This document shows positions 1 to 8,404 of a stretch of 64,000 nt of DNA, piece after piece. The first letter of the stretch is position 1, and each line of letters opens with the position of its first letter. Origin of the DNA: Verrucomicrobia bacterium UBA3783 (GTDB taxonomy: Bacteria; Verrucomicrobiota; Kiritimatiellia; RFP12; UBA1067); NCBI GenBank assembly GCA_002369235.1, contig DFFF01000009.1:2762-66761 (forward strand). Reading direction: 5' to 3'. Both the position numbers and the translations under genes were made by a program. The notes beneath the pieces are model-generated. The model searched no databases, had not been told where the DNA came from, and was given only the letters and a program-made list of their open reading frames with translations.

Positions 1-107
1 TAACCTGTCAGAGAATTCAGAAAACCTCTCAGCGTTCTCAGCGTCCTCTGCAAACTCTGCGTTAAAATAAGAATAAGCAAGAATTTAAAAACGAAAGGAA
101 TGAGCAA

Positions 108-779
108 ATGAAAAAGACAATTATTTCGCTTTTGGCGGCGGTTGCCGCGACAGCCGTAATTGCGGCGGAGAATGATACGATCGTGACTTTTGGCACCAAG
201 GGTCCGGATACCTACGCCGACGGCAAGACGGTGCTCGACGGCGAACGCTATGCGCTCGTCTATGCCGACGACGCTTCGGCGGTGACGATCGCCGCCGATG
301 GCGCGATCTCCGGCGGCACCAAGGTGGCGGTCGTCGCGCTCGCGAAGGGCGGTTGCCTCCCTACGGTCGGCTTTCAGGTGAGCGCCAAGCTCATCGACAA
401 TCCCGTGCGCGACAACTTCCGCCTGTTCCTGCTCGATACGCGCCTTGCCGATGGTGTCACGCTCGCCCCCGGCGGCAGCCAGCCGACTGCGGTGAACGGT
501 TTTGCGCCGGTTGAAGGCGCACAGGTTTCGGTGACGCAGATTTCCGCGCTCCCCGAGGGTTTCACGCAGCCCAAGTTCAAGAAGATCGATGTTCTCGACG
601 ACACCGTGGTGCTCACAATCGAGAATACGCTTCCTTGCATCCAGTATACGCTCGACGAGGGCATTGGCGCCAAGGGCGAGGGGATTGAGGGCGTTGATGC
701 GAAGAATGGCGCCGGCGAGATCCAGTTCATCGTGCCCAAGAAGGACGGCGGCGAAACCTTCCGCGTTATCCGGAAGTAA
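108..779 (+). CDS. hypothetical secreted protein
   Basis: 223-aa ORF with a signal-peptide-like N-terminus (MKKTIISLLAAVAATAVIAAEN). Purine-rich SD (gaaaggaatgagcaaATG). I recognise no family. Confidence 0.6.
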   Translation: MKKTIISLLAAVAATAVIAAENDTIVTFGTKGPDTYADGKTVLDGERYALVYADDASAVTIAADGAISGGTKVAVVALAKGGCLPTVGFQVSAKLIDNPVRDNFRLFLLDTRLADGVTLAPGGSQPTAVNGFAPVEGAQVSVTQISALPEGFTQPKFKKIDVLDDTVVLTIENTLPCIQYTLDEGIGAKGEGIEGVDAKNGAGEIQFIVPKKDGGETFRVIRK

Positions 780-1365
780 TTGCGAGCAAAAGCTCGTCGA
801 GAAGGGCGGGGGATTTAATTCCCGGTGACGTCTCCAGCGAACTGGAGACGTCAAGTATGTCCGCGCCGGTGGCAATGGCGTCGGCAATATTGGCCGGCGA
901 AATCCGTCCTGCCAAAACGACGCGGCGGCCTGCGGCCTTGAGCGGCGCGATCAGCGACCAGTCGGCCATGCCGCTCGTGTTGCCGCATCGCCCGTCGAGC
1001 AGCACGGCATCTTCACAGGTTGGATTTCCGCGAAAAAGCCGCCAAACCTCGCAGCCGCGCGATTTGAGCGCAGTGACGTCGGCATCGTCGTATTCACCAT
1101 GCAGTTGAATGACATCGAGCCGGACGGATGAAGCGATGGCGGCGATCTCGTCGATAGTTTGCGTAGTGAACACGCCGACAAACCGCGGCGGTCGGTGCGG
1201 CAGATTCACCGAAGCCGCCCTGCCGACGATTTCACGCGCCTTTTCCGGTGTGACGCGGCGCGGCGAGTTCCCGGCGAATATGAGGCCCAGATAATCGACG
1301 CCGCGCCCGGCCGCGCAGGCGGCAAAGCCGGCGTCGGTTATTCCGCAGACTTTCAGACGAGGCAC
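766..1365 (-). CDS. trpF: phosphoribosylanthranilate isomerase
   Basis: LKVCGITD N-terminus and DVSSSLETSPGIKSP C-terminal motif typical of PRAI. Start placed at GTG 1365, which has GGAAGGA 8 nt upstream; the ORF-track ATG 1389 has no SD. Last gene of the trp operon. Confidence 0.85.
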   Translation of the reverse strand: MPRLKVCGITDAGFAACAAGRGVDYLGLIFAGNSPRRVTPEKAREIVGRAASVNLPHRPPRFVGVFTTQTIDEIAAIASSVRLDVIQLHGEYDDADVTALKSRGCEVWRLFRGNPTCEDAVLLDGRCGNTSGMADWSLIAPLKAAGRRVVLAGRISPANIADAIATGADILDVSSSLETSPGIKSPALLDELLLAITSG

Positions 1366-2105
1366 GGCGGTTTTCCTTCCGCGAGGCATTTGACGAGCGC
1401 GGTTCCGACGACAAAGCCGTCAGCGTGGCGCGAGACTTCGTCCGCCTGCGCCCGCGTCGAAATCCCGAATCCGGCGGCAATCGGGAGCTTCGCGGATGCG
1501 CGGATTGCATCGAGGCGCGTTGTGAGATCCGGCGGCAGTTCGGCGCGTGCGCCGGTCGTGCCTTTCACGGTAATCACATAGAGGAACGAGTTTTCCAGTC
1601 CTGCCTCGCTCTCCTTGATTCGCGCAAGCGGCGTATTGGGCGCGATCAGCGGAATGTACGAAATGCCGTGCGGTTTGAGAATCTCCACGAATTCCTCGCG
1701 CTCCTCCAGCGGCAGATCGACCGAGAGGACCGCATCGATCCCCGAGTCCGCCGCCAGCGCGGCAAATGCTTCCAAGCCCATGGAAAAGACTGGGTTGTAG
1801 TACGAGAAAAGGACGAAGGCGGTGCCGGGATGCTTTGCGCGCAGCCGTTTGGCGGCGGCGAGCACATCCGCGAGCGAAACGCCTTGCCTGAGCGCCTCGT
1901 ACGCCGCCGAGCGGATGACGCCGCCGTCGGCGAACGGGTCGGAGAACGGCACGCCCAGTTCGATTACGTCTGCGCCCTGCGCGATGATGTCGTCGACGGC
2001 CTTTTCGCTTGCCGCCAGGGACGGGAAGCCCATCGTGAAGTAGGCGACGAACGCGCCGCGGTTTTCAGACTTCGCCTTTGCGAACGCATCAGTTATTCTT
2101 TGCAT
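1353..2105 (-). CDS. trpA: tryptophan synthase alpha chain
   Basis: 250 aa with the [16 protein letters not shown] motif. GAGGAG SD. Overlaps the trpB stop by 17 nt. Confidence 0.9.
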   Translation of the reverse strand: MQRITDAFAKAKSENRGAFVAYFTMGFPSLAASEKAVDDIIAQGADVIELGVPFSDPFADGGVIRSAAYEALRQGVSLADVLAAAKRLRAKHPGTAFVLFSYYNPVFSMGLEAFAALAADSGIDAVLSVDLPLEEREEFVEILKPHGISYIPLIAPNTPLARIKESEAGLENSFLYVITVKGTTGARAELPPDLTTRLDAIRASAKLPIAAGFGISTRAQADEVSRHADGFVVGTALVKCLAEGKPPCLV

Positions 2106-3267
2106 CTTTGTATCTCCTCACATTCTCCATGTCTTTATCGCCGCGACCGGACAGGTTGACGAGCAATATCGAATCCTTGGGCATTTTCGGTGCGCGTTTG
2201 ATTGCCTCGGCGAGCGCGTGGCTCGATTCAAGCGCGGGGATTATGCCTTCGTAGCGGCAAAGGGCGTCGAATGCGGCGATCGCCTCGTCGTCGTTGATGA
2301 CGGCGTATTCGGCGCGTCCGGTGTCGTGGAGGTGGCAATGCTCCGGTCCGACGCCGGGATAGTCGAGCCCGGCGGACACCGAATAGGTGTCGATTATATT
2401 GCCGTCGCGCGTCTGCAGCAGCATCGTCTTCGCTCCGTGCAGGATGCCAAGCCGTCCGCCGTTGATCGATGCGGCATGCTCGCCGCTCGCCAAGCCTTTG
2501 CCGCCAGCCTCGACACCGACGAGCCGGACGCCCGGATCGTCGATGAAGCCCGCAAAGAGCCCGATTGCGTTGGAGCCGCCGCCGACGCATGCGATCGCCT
2601 GATCTGGAAGCCTGCCGTACTTTTCAAGGCATTGCCTGCGCGCCTCGCGCCCGATGACGCTTTGGAAGTCTCTCACCATTTCCGGATACGGGGCAGGTCC
2701 TGCCACGGTGCCGATCACGTAAAAGGTATCGTCGCAGTTCGCCACCCAATCGCGCAACGCTTCGTTCATCGCGTCTTTCAAGGTCGCGCTGCCCTCGGAC
2801 ACGGCATGCACCGTCGCGCCGAGCATTTTCATGCGCTCGACGTTCGGAGCCTGGCGTTCCACGTCGATCGCGCCCATGTAGACCTCGCACGGCATGCCGA
2901 AGAGCGCGGCGACAGTCGCGGTGGCGACGCCGTGCATGCCCGCGCCGGTCTCGGCGATGAGCCGCTTTTTGCCCATGCGCCGCGCGAGCAGCGCCTGCCC
3001 AATCGTATTGTTGACCTTATGCGCACCGGTGTGGTTGAGATCTTCGCGCTTGAGCACGATCTTCGCGCCGCCCAGATGTCCGGAGAGCCGCTTCGCATAG
3101 GTAAGCGGGCTTTCCCGTCCCACATAGTCGCGCAGGATTTCTTCGAACCCGCGCTGGAATGCGGGGTCGGCCTTCGCGTCTTCATAGGCGGCTTCGAGTT
3201 CCTTGAGCGGAGCCATGAGCGTTTCCGCCACATATTGTCCGCCGTAGATTCCGTAGTGTTTATTCAT
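2089..3267 (-). CDS. trpB: tryptophan synthase beta chain
   Basis: 392 aa with the PLP-lysine motif [11 protein letters not shown] and GGGSNAIG. Overlaps the trpC stop by 8 nt. Confidence 0.95.
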   Translation of the reverse strand: MNKHYGIYGGQYVAETLMAPLKELEAAYEDAKADPAFQRGFEEILRDYVGRESPLTYAKRLSGHLGGAKIVLKREDLNHTGAHKVNNTIGQALLARRMGKKRLIAETGAGMHGVATATVAALFGMPCEVYMGAIDVERQAPNVERMKMLGATVHAVSEGSATLKDAMNEALRDWVANCDDTFYVIGTVAGPAPYPEMVRDFQSVIGREARRQCLEKYGRLPDQAIACVGGGSNAIGLFAGFIDDPGVRLVGVEAGGKGLASGEHAASINGGRLGILHGAKTMLLQTRDGNIIDTYSVSAGLDYPGVGPEHCHLHDTGRAEYAVINDDEAIAAFDALCRYEGIIPALESSHALAEAIKRAPKMPKDSILLVNLSGRGDKDMENVRRYKDAKNN

Positions 3268-4078
3268 GACTGGTTGCCGGTTTTGTTTGTTGAAATTTGC
3301 AAATTGTTTCTTTCAGCCTCTGTCCTGGCGAAGGCGCGCGCATGAGCGCGGTGCCGACCAGAAAGCCGTCGGCTCCTGCGTTCCGCGCCCGGACGATCGC
3401 CTCGGCGGAGTGCATTCCGGATTCGGCTATCCTCACGCACGGGCGCGGTATTTTGCCTATATACGTCTCCAGGCGCGACACGTCGCACTGGAAGTTCCTG
3501 AGGTTGCGGCAGTTTACGCCGATAAGCCTCGCGCCCGACTGCACCGCACGGCCGATTTCGTTTTCGTCGTGCGTTTCTACGAGCGCGGCAAGCCCCAGCG
3601 AGTGCGCGAACTGCAGGAGTTCTGCAAGCGTTGCGTCGTCCAGCACCGCCGCGATCAGCAAGACTGCGTCGGCGCCGGCGGCGCGTGCCGCCGCGACTTG
3701 ATAGCGCGTCGAAAGAAAATCCTTGTAGAGGAGCGGAAGATCGACCGCGCCGCGCACCGCCGCGAGATAATCTTCGCTGCCGAGGAAGCGGTGCGGCTCG
3801 CAGAGGACCGACAGCGCGGCCGCCCCTGCGCACTCGAGTTCCTTCGCCAGTTCGAGCGGCTGGAAGTCCTCGCGGATCATGCCTTCCGAGGGCGAGGCGC
3901 GTTTCAGTTCCGAGATGACGCGCGGCGTTCCCGCGGCGGCGCGGAATGCGTCGATGAAGTCGCGCGGTTTGGGCGCGGCGTCGGCGCGGCGCATCATTTC
4001 GTCGAATGGAATCTGCGCCTCGCGCAGTTCGGCGTCGGCGCGGCGCATCGCCGTCAATTCTTCGAGAATATCGCTCAT
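3260..4078 (-). CDS. trpC: indole-3-glycerol phosphate synthase
   Basis: Real start is [15 protein letters not shown] at ATG 4078, an ATGA overlap with the trpGD stop at 4075-4078. Carries the [12 protein letters not shown] motif. The ORF-track version 3260..4735 is an Arg-rich over-extension lying inside trpD. Confidence 0.9.
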   Translation of the reverse strand: MSDILEELTAMRRADAELREAQIPFDEMMRRADAAPKPRDFIDAFRAAAGTPRVISELKRASPSEGMIREDFQPLELAKELECAGAAALSVLCEPHRFLGSEDYLAAVRGAVDLPLLYKDFLSTRYQVAAARAAGADAVLLIAAVLDDATLAELLQFAHSLGLAALVETHDENEIGRAVQSGARLIGVNCRNLRNFQCDVSRLETYIGKIPRPCVRIAESGMHSAEAIVRARNAGADGFLVGTALMRAPSPGQRLKETICKFQQTKPATSHE

Positions 4079-5685
4079 CGCATCGCCTCCAGCATCGCTT
4101 TCAGCTTGGCGATGGCGCGTTTGGAATCGACCGACTCGTTGGCCATGGCGATGGCGTCCGCATAGCTCGACGCCTTGCCGGCGACGAGAATCGCCGCGGT
4201 GGCATTCTCCACCGCCGCCGCACGGCGCGCGCCATGATCCTCGCCATTCAATACGCCGAGCAGCAGTTTTGCGTTTTCCTTCGCGTCGCCGCCCGTGATG
4301 GCGTCGAGCGGGAAGCGCTCGCCGTATTCGCCGCCCGCGTCGAGGAGCGAGTTCTGGACGCGGCCATGGTCGAGAGATGCGACGAAGGTGAAGCCGTCCG
4401 GGCTGATCTCGTCGAGTCCGCCCGCGCCGCACACGACCATGGCGCGTTTCGAGCCGAGCCTGGCGAGCGCGTTGGCGAGGACGGTCGTGAGCCGCTCCTG
4501 CGGCACGCCGATCACATGGCGTTTTGCGCCTGCGGGATTGGTGAGCGGACCGAGGAGGTTGAAGACGGTGCGGAAGCCGAGCGTGCGCCTGACGGATGCC
4601 GCGAAGCGCATCGCCGGGTGGAGGTTGCGGCAGAAGAGAAAGCCCACGCCGGTGCGCTTTACGCAGTCCGCCATTTTGTCGGGACCGGCCGCAAGGTTGA
4701 GTCCGAGCGCACCCAGCACGTCCGCCGAGCCGCACAGGGAAGTGGACGCGATATTGCCGTGTTTTGCGATAGTCACGCCCGCACCGGCGGCGATGAATGC
4801 GGCCGTCGTGGATACGTTGAACGAGTTCGAGCCATCGCCGCCCGTGCCCACGATATCGACGGCGTCGAGTCCGCCGAGATCCACCTTGACCGCGGCGTCG
4901 CTCATGGCGCGAGCTGCGCCTGCGAGCGCTTCCGGGGTGACGGGGTTGCGCGCGAGCGCGGTGAGGAACGCGGCGAGTTCCGGCTCGCCAACTTCGCCCG
5001 CGAGAATGGATGCGAAAAAGCCTTCGGATTCCTCCTCGCCCGGCGTTGCGCCGTCAAGGGCGTGCGCGATCACCGCTTTGCGCACCGACTGCGGCAGCGT
5101 CTTGCGCGTCCGCCGCCCGGTGGCGATCTCGAGGAAGTTGGCGAGCTGCTTGACGCCTTGCGGAGTGCCGATGGATTCCGGGTGATACTGGAGCGATTCG
5201 ATCGGCAGCGTCTTGTGGCGCAGTCCCATGATTTCGCCGTCTTCGCTTTCGGCGGAGATTTCAAAGCAATCCGGGAGCGATTCGCGCTCGACCGCGAGCG
5301 AGTGGTAGCGCATCGCGGAAAAGCCCTGGTCGAGTCCTGCAAACAGTCCCTTGCCGTCGTGGCGGATGCGGCTCGTCTTGCCGTGCATCAGCCGCCGGGC
5401 GCGGACGATGCGTCCGCCGAAGGCCTGGGCGATAGACTGGTGGCCGAGGCAGATTCCGAGGAGCGGAACCTTGCCTGCGAAGGCCTTGACGGCTTCGAGC
5501 GTCACTCCGGCGGAATCGGGATTGCCGGGACCTGGCGAAAAGACGATCGCCTCCGGGGCGAGCGCGGCGATTCCGGGAACGTCGATCTTGTCGTTTCTGA
5601 CGACCTTCATGTCCGCGCCGAGCGCGCGCAGCATCTGTACGAGGTTGTACGTGAAGGAGTCGTAGTTGTCGATCATCAGAATCAT
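4075..5685 (-). CDS. trpGD: bifunctional anthranilate synthase glutamine-amidotransferase component II / anthranilate phosphoribosyltransferase
   Basis: N-terminal GATase (MILMIDNYDSFTYNLVQ, catalytic LGICLGHQ) fused to a TrpD domain (DIVGTGGDGSNSFNVST). Start at ATG 5685 is an ATGA overlap with the trpE stop. The ORF-track start 6108 is an over-extension. Confidence 0.9.
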   Translation of the reverse strand: MILMIDNYDSFTYNLVQMLRALGADMKVVRNDKIDVPGIAALAPEAIVFSPGPGNPDSAGVTLEAVKAFAGKVPLLGICLGHQSIAQAFGGRIVRARRLMHGKTSRIRHDGKGLFAGLDQGFSAMRYHSLAVERESLPDCFEISAESEDGEIMGLRHKTLPIESLQYHPESIGTPQGVKQLANFLEIATGRRTRKTLPQSVRKAVIAHALDGATPGEEESEGFFASILAGEVGEPELAAFLTALARNPVTPEALAGAARAMSDAAVKVDLGGLDAVDIVGTGGDGSNSFNVSTTAAFIAAGAGVTIAKHGNIASTSLCGSADVLGALGLNLAAGPDKMADCVKRTGVGFLFCRNLHPAMRFAASVRRTLGFRTVFNLLGPLTNPAGAKRHVIGVPQERLTTVLANALARLGSKRAMVVCGAGGLDEISPDGFTFVASLDHGRVQNSLLDAGGEYGERFPLDAITGGDAKENAKLLLGVLNGEDHGARRAAAVENATAAILVAGKASSYADAIAMANESVDSKRAIAKLKAMLEAMR

Positions 5686-7109
5686 TGCAGTCCCTCCGCG
5701 AATTTTACGGCCTCGAACACGGCCTTGGATTTGTTGACGGTTTCGTCGTATTCCTTGTCGGGATCGGAGTCGGCCACGATTCCCGCGCCGGCGCGCATCA
5801 TGAGGCGGTTGCCGTCCTTGAGGAGCGTGCGGATGACGATCGCGAAGTCCATGTCGCCCGTGAGCGAGAAGTAGCCGGCGGCGCCGCCGTAGACGCCGCG
5901 CGGCGATTTCTCGAATTCGGCGATGAGTTCCATCGCACGGACCTTCGGCGCGCCGGATAGCGTTCCCGCGGGAAATGCGGCCTTGAGCAGATCGAAGGCG
6001 TCGTGCCGCTTTTCGAGCGTTCCCGTGACATTGCTGACGAGGTGCATCACGTGCGAGTAGCGCTCGACATGGGCGAAGCCGGAGACTTTGACGCTGCCGG
6101 TTTCGCAAACGCGCCCAAGGTCGTTGCGCCCGAGGTCGACGAGCATCACGTGTTCGGCGTTCTCTTTTTCGTCGGCCTTCAGTTCGCGCTCAAGCTCGGC
6201 GTCCAGCGCCGGTGTCGCGCCGCGCGGACGCGTCCCCGCGATCGGCGCGGTGGAGGCGGTGCGGCCGTCGAGTTTGGCGAGTTCCTCCGGCGACGAGCCG
6301 ATCAGCGTTTTGCCGCCGAGCCTCATGAAGAAGTTGTAGGGAGAAGGATTGATCATCCGCAATGCGCGGTAGAGCGCGAGGTCGGACGCGTCCGAGTGCG
6401 TGAGGAACTTTTGGGACGGGACGATCTGGATCACCTCGCCGGCGGCAATCGCCTCCTTGCATTTGGCGACCATCCCGCAGAATTCCGCGCGTGACATTTC
6501 GCTGGTGAATTCGGCGGTCGCATGCGGTGCGGCGGGTTCATTGCCGCCTGTCGTCATGGCGACGCGGGCGATCGATTCCGCGCTGAGCATCTTCGCATAG
6601 ATGCGGTCGATTTCCGCCATGGCCTCGTCGTATGCGTTCGGGCGGGAGGTGTCTGCGATTACGACGATCGTGACCGTGCCGCGCACATTGTCGAAGATGA
6701 GAAACTTGTCGCAGACGAGGAAGAACATGGGCGGCGTATCTTCGTCGCTCTTCGTTTTGAGGCGCGGCTCGAAGATTTTGACGGCGTCATACGCGACATA
6801 TCCCACCGCGCCGCCTTGGAAGGGCGGCAGTTCGGGGGCGGGAGTGTAGCGAATCGCGGCGAAGCGCGCACGGAGTTCGTCGAGCGCGTTTTCGCCATGG
6901 ACATGGCCGCACGGCTCGATGCCGAGATACGAGTAGCGTCCGCGCGTTTCGCCGCCCGCGACGCTCTCCAGCAAAAATCCATCTTCCGCCGTAAGGCGCG
7001 ACAGTGCCGCGACCGGGGTCTCGCGGTCGGCGAGGAATTCCGCGAACACCGCCACGCGGTCGGCATCGGCCGCGCGCCGGGCGTATTCGTCTTTTGTCAG
7101 TTTTTTCAT
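5682..7109 (-). CDS. trpE: anthranilate synthase component I
   Basis: 475 aa with MLVDLGRNDLGRV and GAGIVADSDP motifs. First gene of the operon. Confidence 0.95.
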   Translation of the reverse strand: MKKLTKDEYARRAADADRVAVFAEFLADRETPVAALSRLTAEDGFLLESVAGGETRGRYSYLGIEPCGHVHGENALDELRARFAAIRYTPAPELPPFQGGAVGYVAYDAVKIFEPRLKTKSDEDTPPMFFLVCDKFLIFDNVRGTVTIVVIADTSRPNAYDEAMAEIDRIYAKMLSAESIARVAMTTGGNEPAAPHATAEFTSEMSRAEFCGMVAKCKEAIAAGEVIQIVPSQKFLTHSDASDLALYRALRMINPSPYNFFMRLGGKTLIGSSPEELAKLDGRTASTAPIAGTRPRGATPALDAELERELKADEKENAEHVMLVDLGRNDLGRVCETGSVKVSGFAHVERYSHVMHLVSNVTGTLEKRHDAFDLLKAAFPAGTLSGAPKVRAMELIAEFEKSPRGVYGGAAGYFSLTGDMDFAIVIRTLLKDGNRLMMRAGAGIVADSDPDKEYDETVNKSKAVFEAVKFAEGLQ

Positions 7110-7154
7110 TTTTGGTTGTTCTCCGCGTCTTGTATAAGGTGTAGTATGGCATAA

Positions 7155-7191
7155 CGGCCTCGCTCGTTTTCAGGAGCGGGGCCGCTTTTTT
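7155..7191 (+). terminator. intrinsic-terminator-like hairpin plus T6, oriented against the trp operon
   Basis: An 11-bp GC-rich stem (7155-7165 pairs with 7174-7184), an 8-nt loop, then CTTTTTT at 7185-7191 on the plus strand. It lies in the trpE 5' leader, and no plus-strand gene lies upstream of it. Confidence 0.4.
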
Positions 7192-7333
7192 GTCGCTGTA
7201 TGCCTTTTTGGGGGTTGATCAGCCAAAGGACGGACGCCACGCGCCGGAAAACGCGGTGTGGAGGCGCCAGTAGGTGCTTCCGAATACGTTTATCGTCCTG
7301 TTGAATGTCTCTTTCATGGCTGGAACGGTGCGT

Positions 7334-7362
7334 ATTATACCATATTTCCGTTTCGCTGTCCA
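7334..7362 (-). promoter_or_regulatory. sigma-70-type promoter of the trp operon leader
   Basis: Minus-strand TGGACA-17 nt-TATAAT, with TGG immediately 5' of the -10 (ggaaatatGGTATAATacgcacc). Same -10 context as the other promoters in this window. Confidence 0.45.
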
Positions 7363-7416
7363 GTGGCTATTTTTGAAATCGCTTTTGCGCGGCGGCTGCC
7401 TGCCAAGGCTAGATGG

Positions 7417-7528
7417 CTAGACTTCGTAGTCTAGGCGGCTGGACTACGAAGTAGAGGGATATGGACTACGAAGGAAAGAGGGCTGGACTACGAAGGAAAG
7501 AGGGCTGGACTACGAAGTGGAGGGAATC
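7417..7528. repeat. 22-bp phased tandem repeat array, locus 1 (5 units)
   Basis: GACT recurs at 7420, 7442, 7464, 7486 and 7508. Unit 1 is the palindrome CTAGACT-tcgt-AGTCTAG. Units 2-5 read GGACTACGAAGgaaagagggct. Confidence 0.85.
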
Positions 7529-7570
7529 TGGAATTGGGAACGGGGGAAGAAGGGAACAGGGAACAGGAGA
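7523..7570. repeat. GGAAYNG-type heptanucleotide tract
   Basis: GGAATCT GGAATTG GGAACGG followed by degenerate gggaaga/agggaac/agggaac. Shares the 12-mers ggaattgggaac and gggaacagggaa with the in-CDS tract at 30833-30909. Confidence 0.6.
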
Positions 7571-7586
7571 CGGCGCATTTTTAGTA

Positions 7587-7616
7587 TTGATTTTGTGGGC
7601 GCAAATATGGTATAAT
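7587..7616 (+). promoter_or_regulatory. sigma-70-type promoter of rpmH-rnpA-yidD-yidC
   Basis: TTGATT-18 nt-TATAAT with an extended -10 (atatGGTATAATac). About 85 nt upstream of the rpmH ATG. Confidence 0.6.
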
Positions 7617-7700
7617 ACAATAAAATATACCGCCGATTGCGGATTTGAATGCCGCCAACTGCGGATTTTTGAACAAAAGAAAGAAGAAGGAACGACCAAA

Positions 7701-7838
7701 ATGAAGATGACATGGCAGCCGTCGAAGATCAAGCGGAAAAGGAAAATCGGGTTCCGTGCGCGCAGGGCCACGAAGGGCGGGCGCAAGGTGCTCGCATCCC
7801 GTCGCGCCAAGGGGCGCAAGCGTCTGACGCAGGTTTGA
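7701..7838 (+). CDS. rpmH: 50S ribosomal protein L34
   Basis: 45 aa: [45 protein letters not shown]. It is hidden inside the spurious ORF 7461..7838. GAAGGAA SD. Confidence 0.95.
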   Translation: MKMTWQPSKIKRKRKIGFRARRATKGGRKVLASRRAKGRKRLTQV

Positions 7839-7853
7839 CAGGCTTGAAGTCCC

Positions 7854-8186
7854 ATGGCCACGCGACTGCATGGGAAGGACTACAAAAGGGTTTTCGACCT
7901 TGGGCGTTCCCGCAAGGGGCGCTATGTGGTTGCGTGGCGCATGGAACTTGGCGGTGACGGAAACGGCGGGGTCTTTGCCGGCGTTGTGGCCACGAAGCGC
8001 GGATTGCCTCTTGCGGTGGAGCGGTCGCGGGCCAAGCGTCTTGTGCGCGAGGCGTTCAGGCTGCTGGCGAAAGACGGCGCGGCTCCGTTGAATACCGCCT
8101 GGGTTTTCGTGGTGCGTTCGTGGATCAAAGGCGCGAAGTTCGCCGAGGTCATGGAAGACATGCGGAGGCTATGCGCAAGGTGCTGA
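7854..8186 (+). CDS. rnpA: ribonuclease P protein component
   Basis: 110-aa basic protein directly after rpmH, the conserved synteny. Carries a [15 protein letters not shown]-type motif. Confidence 0.88.
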   Translation: MATRLHGKDYKRVFDLGRSRKGRYVVAWRMELGGDGNGGVFAGVVATKRGLPLAVERSRAKRLVREAFRLLAKDGAAPLNTAWVFVVRSWIKGAKFAEVMEDMRRLCARC

Positions 8187-8404
8187 TCATGATGGTGCGC
8201 GGATATCAGGTTGCGCTCTCGCCGTTGATGGGCGGCGCTTGCAGATTTGAACCGACGTGCTCCAATTACATGATCGGTGCGCTCGAAACGCATGGGGCGG
8301 TAAAGGGACTGTTGCTGGGGCTGTGGCGGTTGCTGCGATGCCATCCGTTCGGTGCGCACGGCTACGACCCGGTGCCGCCGCGAGGAAAGTGGAAGAATGA
8401 ATAG
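8171..8404 (+). CDS. yidD: membrane protein insertion efficiency factor YidD
   Basis: 77 aa with [22 protein letters not shown] and [14 protein letters not shown] motifs. Start taken at ATG 8171. Confidence 0.85.
   Translation: MRKVLIMMVRGYQVALSPLMGGACRFEPTCSNYMIGALETHGAVKGLLLGLWRLLRCHPFGAHGYDPVPPRGKWKNE

Noticed and set aside
3260-4735. The ORF-track versions of trpC (491 aa), trpGD (677 aa), lepA (737 aa), cysS (533 aa), GT4 (636 aa), tsaB (280 aa) and alr (411 aa) as full-length proteins.
   Set aside because: The N-terminal extensions are Arg/Pro-rich, lie inside the preceding gene, and precede obvious canonical starts that form ATGA/TGATG junctions. I used the internal starts.
7417-7528. 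The 22-bp arrays as CRISPR arrays.
   Set aside because: The units are contiguous with no unique spacers. The period is only 22 bp, no cas genes are nearby, and the units degenerate gradually.
7110-7700. An oriC next to rpmH-rnpA-yidC.
   Set aside because: I saw no clustered DnaA boxes (TTATCCACA or close variants) and no AT-rich unwinding element. dnaA is not adjacent. The only perfect DnaA box I noticed (27094-27102) is a lone hit inside the GT4 CDS.
7461-7838. 125-aa [23 protein letters not shown]... as a protein.
   Set aside because: Its first two thirds are the 22-bp and 7-bp repeats plus the promoter, translated. Only the last 45 codons (rpmH) are real.
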